From Callorhinchus milii (taxonomy: Eukaryota): a stretch of DNA of 64,000 nucleotides. The number at the start of each line of letters is the position of its first letter. Positions within the stretch are counted from its first letter, which is position 1. The stretch lies in the NCBI RefSeq assembly GCF_018977255.1, contig NW_024704743.1, positions 15,192,001-15,256,000 on the forward strand, in the 5' to 3' direction. Below the pieces are notes generated by a model. The model was not told the origin of the DNA. It saw only the letters and a program-made list of their open reading frames with translations, and ran no database searches. Made by a program: the position numbers and the translations under genes. This document shows, piece by piece, positions 38,740 through 51,907 of this stretch.

Positions 38740-40550
38740 GAAGCTATACTGAAATGAGTATGAGGGAGGGTGCTAGTAGGATTATTCAGATATGGAAACA
38801 GCTTAAATAGATTTGGATTGAGAACAGTCAAAAAGGCACAAGCTGTTGGGTCACATTTTATTTTTCGGTCGAAAAAATTGTTGCGTTCATGTACAATTAG
38901 AGAAAATAATGAAGCCAAGTATAAATCCATAGAAGAAGTATTAAGAGGTATAAGCTGTTAGTTGTACTTGAGAAAGACATGAACAAGCTGCATCTTAAAA
39001 TTGAAAGAAACCAGATTTTCAAAAATCCATCAAAGAGAGTGAAGGGGATCAAAGCTCTGTAATTTCAGCCTTGTGCTGGGAGTAAAACATGCATAGGAAT
39101 TAGAAACTGGGTAAATGAAAGCAAGCAGAGTCATCATAAGGAGAACTGGGGCAAAATGGGAGATGGCGGAAGAGAGTTATTTAGTAAGTGTTCTCTACTG
39201 GGACCTTTTTTTGCGATGAACTTGATTTGCAGACTCTGTGCCAGGTGCCTAAATTTGCAAATTACACCAATTCAGAGAAATTGTGGAATCAAAGATCTTA
39301 AAAGAAAATTCAATAAGATCTTCACATGATCAATCACTGGCAAATGGAGTTTAATACAGATCACAAAACTCCAGAAGTGATATGGATGAAGAAGGTTCTT
39401 CAGCCTATTTAATTCCATCCTTCCAGAATGGCCACTCTAAATTATCTTGGCATTGCAGCATCAGGTTGTTTATTAAAGGAGTCCAACGTTCTTCTCTTCT
39501 CAGCTGCGGCTCCGACCTCCTTAACCTCCAATACAAGCCCTTAGACTCACCAAACTGTGGGCAACCTAGGCATCAGGTTTGATCCTCAGCTGTCCTTCCT
39601 TATCCACATCCAATCCATGACCAGGACAGCTTTCCTCCACTGCGTCACATTGCCCGCCTCAGTCCATACCTCACACCCAACACAGCTGAAGCTCTCGTTC
39701 ATGCATTTGTCACCTCGCTTAGCCACGGTACAAAGAAATACTTATGAGTGTATGAACTGAAATTGTTCTTCTTAAACCTGAATCTGTCCTCTTGTCTTCC
39801 TGCCTTGGCATATTGAAATGATGATTTATTTACCTTCTTAATCTCATTTTAGCATCTTATATAACTATACTGTTTTTTCTGACTCATCTCTTTTCATGGG
39901 CAAGGAGCCCTTGTTTAAGTTACTGCATGTAGACAGTAATAATAGGCGGAACACATTCACCAGATCAAATCAGTTTTAAATGACAGTTAACCAGGCAAAC
40001 AGTTGATTTATTGCTAAATCAATTGAATTCAGATCCTCTGAAGTCATGCTCAAGCTATACAATGTTCTAATCAACCCACACCTTGAATACTGAGTACAGT
40101 TCTTGTCATCGCAAAACAAGAAACCTGCTCAGGCCCTGAAGGCAGTGAACAAGAGAGCAACAAGAATGATCCAGTTTTGAGGAATGACCTGTGAGGAAAA
40201 CCTAGACAAGCCATTGATCGTCAACCTTCAAAACAGACATAATATGTCTGAGATCATATAGAGGAATCTAAGATGCTAAAGGAGATTGAGAAAGTAAATT
40301 CAGAGATGCCAAGACAACAGGACAAGATGAAACAAGTTCAGGGTTGGGAAGGGTAATTTCAGGACAGACACCAAAAAGTATTTCTGTGTGCTTAGGGTAA
40401 TTAACAGCTGGAATAAGTTACAAGAAAGGGTGGTAGAGACAAGAAATCTGGAATTAAGAAACTTGCTTGATACCGTTATGGAACACAAATACATTCGGGT
40501 GTACTTTTAAGGATGAGATCAAATGGGCCCAAATGCCTTTTTCATCTCAA
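38740..40550 (+). mobile_element. Highly decayed CR1 ORF2/3' region with embedded L2 piece (~39540-39720)
   Basis: Remnants such as KLYNVLINPHLEY and FRTDTKKYFCVLRVINSWNKL, with many stops. Confidence 0.65.
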
Positions 40551-41132
40551 CCTCTAGTGAGAAGAATGAAGGTCATGTGCAATGCAAGAAGGTGATCTGA
40601 AAGAAGCTGATAACTGTTAAGTGGAATCAACAAAAAAGTGAAACTTTGTTACATCTCATACCAATGACCTCCTTCATTTATCAACAGAGTGGTACAAAGA
40701 GGATAATAGCCCTGGCAAACCCGGAAATTGACAGAAGAAATGGAAAGCAAAAATATAGATTTTATAAAGTATTGCTGATGATGTAGTTAGGAATAGAAAC
40801 AAAGAAGCAAGCCACTTTCTAGATTAGTACAATGTAAAGATCCGCTGATTACGGTTGCATTTATACCATTTTCTGCAGCGTATGACATTTAAAGTAACAC
40901 TGTTATTTGTAAATTGGTAAGGAGCAATATTCATTTTCCATTTTGTATGTTTACCTGTAGTATCCATATTTATCAGAATCCATTATGCATGTGCACTTTT
41001 TTTTCCTCTGTTGGATCATTCTTCTGACCTAATGGGTACACATTAGTTAGTTTTCACTGTTTTTATTTCAGACTTTAACACTTGGATTATTGGTGTTTAA
41101 GTTGCATTTATTTCTCAACGATTAATTATTAG

Positions 41133-41242
41133 GATCCGATCGCTTTGGGTTTAATCAGTCTAGCCGACTGTCTGCATCGGTGAGCGCCATGCGAGTTCTC
41201 AACACAGGATCTGACGTAGAGGAAGCTGTGGCAGATGCATTG
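41133..41242 (+). CDS. CLASP2: CLASP2 exon: GSDRFGFNQSSRLSASVSAMRVLNTGSDVEEAVADAL
   Basis: attag|...TTG|gtatgt, 110 nt, phase 1->0. Confidence 0.96.
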
Positions 41243-42322
41243 GTATGTTTTGTTGAGTTTATAGCAAATACATTTAGATATTGTGATGAATGTCATGATG
41301 GAAAATGGTTGCTCTTCATTTATTATCCTCCACATGCCCAAGAGTAGCTCAGTCTTTGCATCAGAAAAATACAGCAAAAGAATTCCTACAGATTGTGCCT
41401 CTAAACTCCTACAAAGTCAGCAGTTTCAAGAGCTGCAACCAGTCGCTAACCAGACACAGTTTTACTGTTTTGCAAAATCACTAGTTTACAAAAGGTGGTT
41501 ATAATAGAATCTCATGATGTGAATTGCAATATGTGACAATTATCACATCACAGAAAATTCCACCTGGTTGATGTCTGCAATATCTATCATCTCCCCCTCC
41601 AATTGTGTCTGTGGTTGGGCGCAATGCCATCTTTGCCTGTGATTTTGCTGTTCACCGATAGAGAATAGCATTGTGCCTATTTCTGGAATTCTGGCTTAAC
41701 AAAACAGAAGTAGGTTGTTATCGCAGGAATCAGCACTAAAATTCCTCACTCTAGGATCCGGCTTTGGGACCAACAATTTTAAAGAAGTCTGGCTGAAATA
41801 AAGGGTGTTTTTTCGTGTGCGTGTTAACGGGGCTTGCTACATAAATTGGATAATTTGCTTCAGAAATAAGAATCCTTGTCTCCTAAGACATTGAATTTAA
41901 CAAAGCATGTTATTTGAACTATTTAGCTGGACCAATGTATTTGTGTATTATCAATTGTTAGGGAGAAGACAAATTTCATAAGGGCTAAAGAACATACAAA
42001 CTATAGTGTATATTGGGATAGACTTTGCAGTTGAGCATTATTAACCCAAAGATGTTATTTTGAAGTTTATTCTTCTGTGGTTGACATAAGGTTTGGTATA
42101 ATCGTACACCAGCCTTTTTGAGTGGTGCTATATGTGGTCATATATATGACCTTTCAGATCCTATCTTATCTTAGTGCATTTTGTTTGTGTATTTTTGCTG
42201 CTTCTCTGCTGTTGGTCTGGCTTACATCAGCATGCTCTGTAACCATGATTTTAAAATAATACATAGTATTAACAAATCGAGTCTGATTCTTCTCAATTTT
42301 TCTCTCCAAAAATTGCCATCAG

Positions 42323-42346
42323 CTCCTAGGAGACATACGGAGTAAG
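42323..42346 (+). CDS. CLASP2: CLASP2 24-nt microexon: LLGDIRSK
   Basis: tctctc tract, aattgccatcag|CTCCTAGGAGACATACGGAGTAAG|gtagag; phase 0-0; resembles the vertebrate CLASP alternative segment LLGDIRTK/LLGDSRSK. Confidence 0.9.
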
Positions 42347-44008
42347 GTAGAGATACTCTTCCTTCCAAGAATGTTTTCATTAGAAAGTTGTGTGTGGTGC
42401 TGTGGTGCTGAACGCATCTGGCTGCAATTTTTACAATCAGCATAAACCAGTTTAACATAGTAATTTGATCAATATTGTTATGTAATTTAACTTACTGCTT
42501 TGAAAGCAGCCCTCCTATTTATTTTGGGTTTGTGGGAGCCAGCATGTATTTTTCTCCCCAATCCCTTAGTAACTTCAGGTCATGCAGCACATGCAAACGA
42601 GAGAGCCATATCGGTGATCTTCTTAGATGTCCCTTAATGATGCTGTGAACTGCCACCAAGAGGTGCATAACAAGAAGCCTGGGATGATTTCCCTCTTATT
42701 TTATCTATGCTTCTGAAAATTTTAATCCCAGCTTTGCTAGTTTTGTGCATTAAAGTAGTTATTTCGCCAATGTGCAGCATCACTGCATTGCTTAAGGCAT
42801 GCCTTTCTTTATTTTATCACTTGATTATAATAGATGGATACATCAAAATCACTGAACGTTGATTTCCTGAATTTCTAGCAAATGTCAAGGTGGTTTATGG
42901 AGAATTGAGGCCGTGGTCTATGAATATTCTGAGGCCTCTGTCAATTGAATATTCATCTCCATTCAGCCTTTTGGCTGGAGAATGATGGAGGATATGGTGG
43001 GCGACTAAAAGGGAGAGAAAATAACTTTAATGTGGGAAGACAAAAGAAAGCTGCAGGACCTTGAATTTGTGATATGATATTTAGAACAGAAGTGAATTGA
43101 AATTTAAACACTAATTATAAATGTTTTGCCTATAAAATACAGTCACTACACTATATTAGTGAATCCTGTGAATCACTTGAGATGTCCTTCCAATGTGAAA
43201 GGCAGTAGCTAGATCAAATATTATTATTGATGCTGATCACAGTCCCTTTATTCAACTTTTATGCACAACCAACAGTTGTACAGTATTAAATGTAAGTGGA
43301 AGAAATTTCCGCAAATCATTCTACTCATGAAGTGTTATTAGGCAGATCTTTTTAGAGGTGTAATTATTTATATGCATGCGTAATAATAACATGGAATCTT
43401 GCAGAATTCTGTTGGATTAACGTAACATTTTCAATTACTAATGCAACAATTAGTAATACATTTAAAATTCTATAATTATCATCTCCAGCTTGATCAAATG
43501 TATGATATATAGTTAAAGAATACCTTTTACACGATGGCATTATTCCAAGAAAACAAATTTTGGTTCAATTACATTTGTATTCATTTTATATCCTACAGAC
43601 TCAAAAACAGTTGCCTTATACGACTGTCCCTTATATATTGTAATTACACTAATAAGATCTGATTAATGAAACTGACTGGTCTTCTGGGATAATTGTAGTT
43701 ATATAGAATATGAGAAGATTAATGTTTGTTCATAAATGGAGATTTTTTCACACAATTAGATCAAAGTTTGTCCCATCTGTTTTCATGGTTTATTAGGAAA
43801 TGTTATGTTACCCCTTGTTTAACCAGGTAGGAAGTGGGAAAGAGAGAACAATTATTTATTTTGACTTTGCTTTCTTTGCAACAGCAAGAGTGAAATAACT
43901 GAAAATATTTTCAACGTGTTTTTAAAAAATGTTGCTGGTGGGTGGGTTATTGTTTTCAAAGTTGATAATGAAAATGAAAGGTGCGTAATAAGCTCTGTTT
44001 CTCTACAG

Positions 44009-44253
44009 AAAAAGCCAGCAAGGAGAAGGTACGAATCGTTTGGAATGTGTTCAGATGACGATGCTAACAGTGATGCATCCAGCGTCTGCTCAGAGCGTTC
44101 CTACAGCTCCAGGAACGGCAGTATTCCAACTTACATGCGACAGACTGAGGACGTGGCTGAGGTCCTGAACCGCTGTGCGAGCACCAATTTTTCAGAAAGA
44201 AAAGAGGGTCTTTTAGGTTTACAGAATTTACTGAAAAACCAAAGGACATTAAG
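44009..44253 (+). CDS. CLASP2: CLASP2 exon, start of TOG3: KKPARRRYESFGMCSDDDANSDASSVCSERSYSSRNGSIPTYMRQTEDVAEVLNRCASTNFSERKEGLLGLQNLLKNQRTL(S)
   Basis: ctacag|...AG|gtagtg, 245 nt; inside ORF 43916..44257. Confidence 0.98.
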
Positions 44254-44358
44254 GTAGTGAGATTATTTACAGGAAAGTTTTTTTTGGTAAACTCATTTTA
44301 TTATAGTGAGGCAGATAACATTAGTAGCTGATCTTCTTATTTTTTCCCATCTCAACAG

Positions 44359-44422
44359 TCGAGTTGAATTAAAACGATTGTGTGAAATCTTCACAAGGAT
44401 GTTTGCCGATCCTCATAGCAAG
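44359..44422 (+). CDS. CLASP2: CLASP2 exon: RVELKRLCEIFTRMFADPHSK
   Basis: caacag|...AAG|gtatgg, 64 nt; follows a 105-bp intron. Confidence 0.97.
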
Positions 44423-45524
44423 GTATGGTACAGTATGTTTCTTTACAACTCTTTCAATGTTTAGCTGTAAAGCTGTATCAATTAAATCAAACTTGCATTT
44501 CAGAGTGTTTTCATGTAAATATTGAAATGTACATGTTACTCTCCCCCAATTCTATTTCTTATTACGAATAATGTATTTTGCTGTTTTTTGGAATCCAATG
44601 ATATATCAACTATACGATCATTTGATAATCCCAATAAGTGAAAGCATCACACTAGCTTTTCAGTAAGGATATTATTTGGTATCAATTAAATGGAGCATTT
44701 GAATTATTGATGGTTTACAATTTTCTGTCCTCTAAAGTATATGAAAATGTTCTTATAAAGTTTGCCAGGTATATCACATTTTAAAAGTAAACTATTTTTG
44801 GGTTAATGTTATTTTTAACAACAGACTTTTCACTTAGTTTCATTATTTTATTGTAACTTAAGGGCTGAAGTATGTATATTAAATATACTTTAATATCTAT
44901 CTGAAATAAAATCCTACTATCCTATCTCACTATTTTACTAAAACTAAATACAATAAAAATTCATAGACATAGACAGGTACTTGTCTGATCTAGTTGACCG
45001 CTGCTTTGTATCACTTTGAGGTATGCATTATACTCTATCATGAGTTTATCCAAACTAACTAATATTCCTAATTTAGTTTGAATAAATTGCGATTTACTTT
45101 TATTTTCTTAATCAGTAGACTATAAAGGAAAAGATGCATTAAATAAAATGTTCATGAGTCTCAAAATTTTGTCAATATGATAGCAATTCCCCATCTTGTG
45201 ATATGGTGGTTTCTTCTCATATCAGAAATCTTCCATATGGAGTCATCAAATGAGAAGGTGACACTGCTATAGTGAAACCTATTTGGCTAACGAGTTTGAA
45301 ACAATATGAACCATATTTGAACACTGCATGTTCTGATAAAAAATTAAAATGTTAAGATTTTTCTGCAATACATCTTAAGTAAACGCAATGCCTGATGATG
45401 AATTTTAAGAAAATTTTAAACTGACCATTATTTTTTTAGTTTATATGCGTCAGAAATTTAGATTATAAAAGTAATGATAAATACTTTTTTGAACTTATTA
45501 CCTGAAAAATTAAAAACGTAGTAT

Positions 45525-45586
45525 TTGATGATGCATAGAAAGTATTCTATGCATCATCAACATTTGATGATGCATAGAATACTTTC
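45525..45586. repeat. Fold-back palindrome / inverted triplication
   Basis: Perfect 23-bp arms 45538-45560 and 45564-45586 with a 3-nt loop; extra copy of TTGATGATGCATAGAA at 45525-45540. Confidence 0.95.
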
Positions 45587-45949
45587 CTTCAATTGTCTTT
45601 TTTTAAAAAATCAGTCTACTTCCCTGTCTGGCCCATCATGTTGGGCATCCACAGCTCAACAGCATGGTAGGAGATTACGAAATCCATTTGTGTCCATTTT
45701 GGTGCTGTTTCTTGGAAGACATGCCAGCAATTACGTTGAATTAATTTGTAGGAATGTGTGAATGTAATGGAATGGAATCTCTTCTCGTAGATAATATGGT
45801 TGAAAATGGTGTCACTGTCCTTCATGGGGTAATCCCAGTCAAAGGTCAACAGAATGGAAATTTGAACTTGGATGTCTTCTCAAGTGAGGTTAGACAGTGG
45901 TAACATCAATCTGGCAGTCCAGTGGGCATAGGGAGAAAGGAAAGAAAAA

Positions 45950-46282
45950 ATAATAATAATCATCCTTGCATTTGATATAGTGATATAGTGTCTTTGAGAC
46001 GTCTCAAAGTGCTTCACAGAATATTACTGTAAAGTGAATTGACTGTGTATCTTGTGGGCGAAACGCAGCAGCCAATTGTGCACATTTTTTTTAAATTTTG
46101 AAGCGATTATCATCCCCAGAAAAACGATCCACCAATCGATTAACAACCGGTTCCTACTTACTGCTAGGTAAACAGAGGCGTGTGGAGTTAGGAAACTTGC
46201 CCAACATTTCGCCCTGCGAGGAATCGGACCCGGGTCCTTTCACTTGCGAGGCCACTGCTCTAACCACTAAGCTTATACAGGA
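45950..46282 (-). mobile_element. Composite tRNA-headed SINE (long subfamily)
   Basis: Reverse complement of tail, Deu-like, CORE-like and tRNA head segments. Confidence 0.88.
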
Positions 46283-47507
46283 TATAGGATTTAACATCAA
46301 CACAAGAAGGTTTTAAGGACAACACAGGTATATTGTAACTGGATAAGTGAAAGATAGGTTTTGATAAAAATGCAAGGATTTGTTTATTTGTTGCTTATCC
46401 ACAATTAAAACTAGCATGAGATTCAAAATAGAAAGCAGCTCATAATCTGAACACATGTTGTGCATTTATTTACTGTTTGTAACCCTCCAAAGATATAATT
46501 ATTGTCATTCATAAAACAAATTTCAGCAAAATATTATTAGCACTATATGTTTTTTTTAATTTATTAACATTGGTATTATTTATCAAAGTGAACAAATTCA
46601 GCCATTTTGTTTTGCTGTTTCTTTCTGAATATGGATTAATTGCACATCAAAATACTAATTTAGAACCTATGTTAGCTGGGTTCACCCCTGTTAGAATTCC
46701 TTAGATAGTTATCTGCTCCATGGCATATATTAGTGCTGGGTGCTCTGTGGTGGGTAGTACCAGGCATTGCTGATTGAATGAATTAGCCCTTAAGAATGGA
46801 GTACACACTTCATTTCCAGTTGATTTTCTATTGTGTGGTCCTGATCAAGGTGTAATGGAAATCTTTACACTCTGCCTCACACCCCTTATCTGTAAGTGGT
46901 TTGAAGTGGAAAGTAATGCTGGCACTTGAATTTACAACTTAATCATTGGAAGTTAAAGGTACGCTGCTATTTCAATAACTGTGCTACATTCTTAAATTAA
47001 CAGGTATTTTTGGTCACCTTCTTTACCTTTTCCCACATCACACAACACCCCTGGTCAAGATCACGCGGGTGATCCACTCCCAAGTGACCTCCAGTGCCCT
47101 GCTGAAAACAGCTGCTAGAAGGTGCAAGAGTGGCTGACCTTCCTGTGAAAATACAGCTCACTGCACTTGATTCTTTCCCACAGTGACACAGCTGAGATTG
47201 TGAATTTGTCATGTTGATTACAACATAGCATGCTTTGGCTCCAATGCACAGCACCACCACTCCACAAGTTTTTTTCATTCTTAAAAAGAAATGCCAGTAT
47301 GTCAGCCGTGTCAGAACTATTTTGAGGTATGGAACTAAGATGCGGTGAAATACGAAAAGAGAGAGAAAACAGGAGACTCTTACATAAGCTCCTAGGGTCC
47401 TTTCACTTGCAAGGTCGCTGCTCTAACCACTAAGCTTATACAAGATATAGGATTTAACATCAACACAGGAAGGTTTTAGGGACAACACAAGTATATTGTA
47501 ACTGGAT
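46232..47507. repeat. 113-bp direct duplication (46232-46344 and 47395-47507)
   Basis: Manual alignment: 7 mismatches in 113 bp; spans the SINE head and flanking unique DNA. Confidence 0.95.
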
Positions 47508-47689
47508 TGTAACTAGTGCAAGGGCAGTATGATATGTATTGAACAGGTCCTACATCAAACTCGCAAAGCTTAAAATGGTAAGATAAATGTTAAGTACGTT
47601 TTCTTCCCCATTGGTGTTATTATTGATGGCAACTAATTAGTCTTTATCTTTTTTTTGCATGCAAACCCCTGTGTTGGAACTCTCAATAG

Positions 47690-47692
47690 AGA
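47690..47692 (+). CDS. CLASP2: 3-nt microexon AGA (one Arg: DPHSK-R-VFSMF)
   Basis: tctcaatag|AGA|gtaagt with upstream actaat and poly-T tract; flanking exons give HSK|VFS, while CLASP proteins occur with K-R-VFSMF. Confidence 0.85.
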
Positions 47693-48938
47693 GTAAGTTT
47701 GTTTAGTATTTGTTGGACACCTAACCTTTGCATGACAGAAATTAACCTCCTTCACATTCAAGATCACAATTTTTGTCATCCGAGAAGCTTGTGTGGTTTA
47801 TTCAACAAATGCTGCATAAATGAGAAGGAAATATTTTTAAAACAAGTAGTGTGCTCTGTGATCTACTAATCAATTGACATTGCTTATCAAATGCTTTACC
47901 TACACTGCCTGTATTATGATGTTTGGCGCAACAATAGGCCCTTCAGATTTGGCTCGATTTTAATTTGTGCTTGAGAAATAGACAACTGGATGTATGTCAA
48001 GCATTAATGTCTGCTACTCAGCTGATGCTTGGCTGTGTTGTGAATGCACACTTTCAAACATATGTAGCTCTTATCTTTTTAAAGTATATGAAAGAGTATG
48101 GGGAGGCCATTAAAGGTTAAGGATAGCTCGCAGGAGAGTGGGATAAGATTAGGCGGCTCATGTGGAGAAAATCACCAATGCAGATTGAATGGGCCAAATT
48201 GCCTGCTTCTGTGCTGCAATATTGTATGATTAATTAAGGCAAATCATTAGGTGTTTCAAATTGGCTCACACTATCTAATTTCAATATTGTATTTGCAATT
48301 TGTTTGCAACTGGAACCTCATATAGAGCAGTTTATTTATTTTGGGGGAAATTGGCGATTGTCTGATCCAATGCAGGATACATATTTGGCATTTGCTGATC
48401 TGTATAAATTAATAAGCTCAGAAATTTCTTAGTTTAGTTGGACATTCTTTAACTTTTGTGTTCGGCTAGATGTATATAGAGTTTAAAAAATAAAAAGCCT
48501 GGCAGATGCCAACATTCTTAGTTTGGCCATTTGCTTGATTCCTTTTGAGTCAAAAAAGGTGCTAAAAATGGTTGTAATGTTTTGAGCAAAAATAAAAATG
48601 ATGTGGCTTAAAAGTTAAGTGCATATAATATGGTAACAGATTCAGGCAGCAGTAATACGTTGATCCATTTAGCTTACCCATCCAACTTCCCCAAATATTC
48701 CTTAGACCCATCTATCTCATCATCTAATAATCCTGTAACCCTTTAATTTCCAGAACCCTGTCTAATTCATTGCTGAAACCCTTTATAGATTCTTCTTCCA
48801 CCACCTATACTGGTATTCTTTTCCATACGTGTTCACAAATCTTAATCTCCCTATCTGTTTAATATAAGCTTTGCCTTTTGAATGGAGTGATTCTTAGATC
48901 CTGGGTATTTCCTATTAAAAAATTTGAAAAATAGAACT

Positions 48939-49310
48939 ATAGACAATCCCATTATAACGCTATTGTCTAGGTCTAATAACCCAGGCCTGCGTTATAACCC
49001 AGCATGAGAATATAGCTGATTTCTGGGTTGTCAGGTTGCCGCTGATATACTTTTAGCTTGCTATACAAGAATTATCACTGACGTTACTTCCTTCACAAGT
49101 GAGAAGTGATGTTTAATGCACATTACTTGTAACGTGCAAAAAGTGATGATGTGGTGATCTGCAAGTCAGTCATTATACAGCAAAGTTAACCAGCTAATCA
49201 GGCCATGTGTACTATGTGTTTGGTTAGTGCGGGTCCACAGTAAACCCACGCTCCAAGCAAACCGTACTCCCAGGGGAGGGGGTGGGATATTATTACAGGA
49301 TTGCCCTTTA
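48939..49310. mobile_element. Degenerate Tigger-like MITE
   Basis: Left end acaatcccattataacgc...gcgttataac; weak complementary right end attattacaggattgcc. Confidence 0.4.
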
Positions 49311-50557
49311 TTGAGTGGAGATTTGGAATTTCCTGGAGATCTTCGATCCTTCTCTAAAGCCTTGAATTCAGAAAAATCCTGAAAGATAACTGGTATGCAT
49401 TAAGTACTGAAAGTACTCTTGCACATTATGAAATAAACCATTGCAATGTTGCTGCTGTTGTTGTTTGTCTATTTTCCATTTTCCTGCGAGGTGGTGTATT
49501 TATTTTTTCTTTGACATTTCGTTTTCTCATGGTAATTTTGTTTTTCTCTATACATTATGGCAGTTGTCTTGTTTTGTTCATCCCTCTCCCTTTCCCTCCC
49601 ACTTCTCCCTTGCTTCCTCCCTTGTCTCCTTTGTTCGGCGCCCAACCCTGTCTTTGTGAAGTGCTTTGAGACATTATCCATAGTGAATGGAACTCTATAA
49701 ATGTAAGATTGTGCTGTAGGTTGAAAACTAATGCTCTCCCTTATTTTAAAATTACTTCAAACACACCCTATAATTCCAATCATTAGTAATAAAACGATAC
49801 TGTTACTGCTCTTAAAATCTTGTGACAAAGACCCAGTCAAAGTTGTCTTTTAGTTATTTAGGAGTCGTCAGCCATTTAAATGTACAAAATGTAAGGAGGA
49901 GCACACAGTCATGAATGTGAGATTAATACTTTGCTGTTGATTAAGATACACTGATTGTTCATATTAGCACAACTGAGGTTCCTTTCCATCTTTAATGAGT
50001 GTAGGTTAGGATAGAAGTGGAATGAAGTGCCAATGTAGTTAGCTACAAAGTTTACAACTGAACACTTCATATAATGGAACTTTTGTTTTTTTTATTCTGG
50101 GTAAAATATACAATACATTAAATATAATGAAGTAGTATTCTGTCACATAGAAATACAGAGTTTGTATATGATTTGCAGTCGAACCTTGACCTTTTAACCC
50201 AAAGTGTTTAAAAACAATTTTTGTTATGTTTGGATTGTGCAATTGGGAAGTGAGTCCCTTTTACTGTCAAAATAATGTTACTAGCGCCAAGCATCATGGT
50301 AAATCATTCTAGCTGATGCAGTTGCATGAAAAAATGGACTGTTTTAGTAAAAATGAAAGGGGGGGAATGATATCTGCTTTTATGTACAAGAATGTTAAAA
50401 ATCATTCTGTGTATCTTACGGAGCACAATCGCAACTTTGCAAAACAGCCTTTCCTGCTTGGCTGCAAAAAATGGCATTTACTGAAATCTTTGAACTTATT
50501 ACTCATACATGGAACTTGATGGCAAAGTGTTGATTCTTGGCATGTCCATATTTTTAG

Positions 50558-50721
50558 GTTTTCAGTATGTTTTTGGAAACGCTGGTCGACTTCATTCATG
50601 TCCACAAAGAAGACCTTCAAGATTGGTTGTTTGTTTTATTGACTCAACTGTTGAAGAAAATGGGTGCTGACTTGCTTGGCTCTGTACAGGCAAAGGTTCA
50701 AAGATCACTTGATGTTACAAG
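50558..50721 (+). CDS. CLASP2: CLASP2 exon, TOG3: VFSMFLETLVDFIHVHKEDLQDWLFVLLTQLLKKMGADLLGSVQAKVQRSLDVT(R)
   Basis: ttttag|...AG|gttagt, 164 nt. Confidence 0.98.
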
Positions 50722-51349
50722 GTTAGTATGATATGACAGACAGAATTTATACAATATAAGTGACAAAGACGTTAATGCTCCGATTTATGTTAAGATCTGA
50801 AAATGAAAAATGGTTGTTCTTGTTAAATTATATCTTTAGGTTGCAGAGTGAGATGGTGAAGTCTTATTTCTTTCACCCCACTCTCTCTGTCTTTCACCCC
50901 TTCTCTCCCTAAGGCTCTTACTCATGTTGGGGTATTGTTCAACGGGTACTGCTTGTCCTTTGGTACTTTACCCATTTAATCATTCTTCATGTAGGAGCCT
51001 AGACAGAGAGTGTTGCCATGTTGTTTGACAGTAGGAAGTGGGGAGCATTATAGCCAAATCTATCCTGTCCATTTGTATACACTGTTCGGGAGGAATCATA
51101 AGTGGGAACAATCTCTCGGTGGTTTCTTACCATCACAGTGCTTGATGCGTTTGCACAAGCAGTTCACCTAGATTCTTTTTGTTATTTATTCCACCATTGA
51201 CAAGAACCAGGCCTGGGGTATGTGGCAATCTTGGAAAATAATATGTAGCGATTTTTAGTGGAATTTCTTTGTAAGGAAACTTCAATGGGGATCAGCATGA
51301 TGTACTTTGTCTCTGTGATAAGGAATTCCATTTCAAATCACCGCGTGTT

Positions 51350-51435
51350 AGAACATAAGAATTAGGAGCAGGAGTAGGCCATTCGGCCCCTCGAGCCTGC
51401 CCCGCCATTCGATAAGATCATGGCTGATCTTCAGA
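51350..51435 (-). mobile_element. CR1 3' tail
   Basis: agaacataagaattaggagcaggagtaggccattcggcccctcgagcctgc. Confidence 0.8.
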
Positions 51436-51907
51436 CCTAACTCTAATTACCTATTGTACCCCTTTGCCAACAATAGTTGCAGAACAACTATCAGAAGACC
51501 CACAGAACATGTTATTAATGCACCATTGTGAATGGGCTTAGATTTTCCATCAGCTCTGCAGAAGCAGCTCCCCCACTTTACTGCGAACATAGAATTTATC
51601 AACAATTCCTCTCATTCTCTTTCCTATGTTTTTTTGGGGAATGGAGGGGAGTTGCGGGTTTGTTTTGCTAAGATTTTGAATTGCAACATAGGATGACTAT
51701 GCCACTTAATGATTGACAGGTCTAACATCTGAATAACATAAAAATAGTCAAATGTTATGTATATTTTATTACCACCTCCGGAGAAGTGACAAAATCCTGT
51801 ATTGAAAGTGGAACAAAAAGTCACTTTGCTCAATATTAACATTTTATTTAGAATACAGAATGCAAATCACTGTGAAAGGTACAACACGTTTCGATTCTAG
51901 AAAATAC

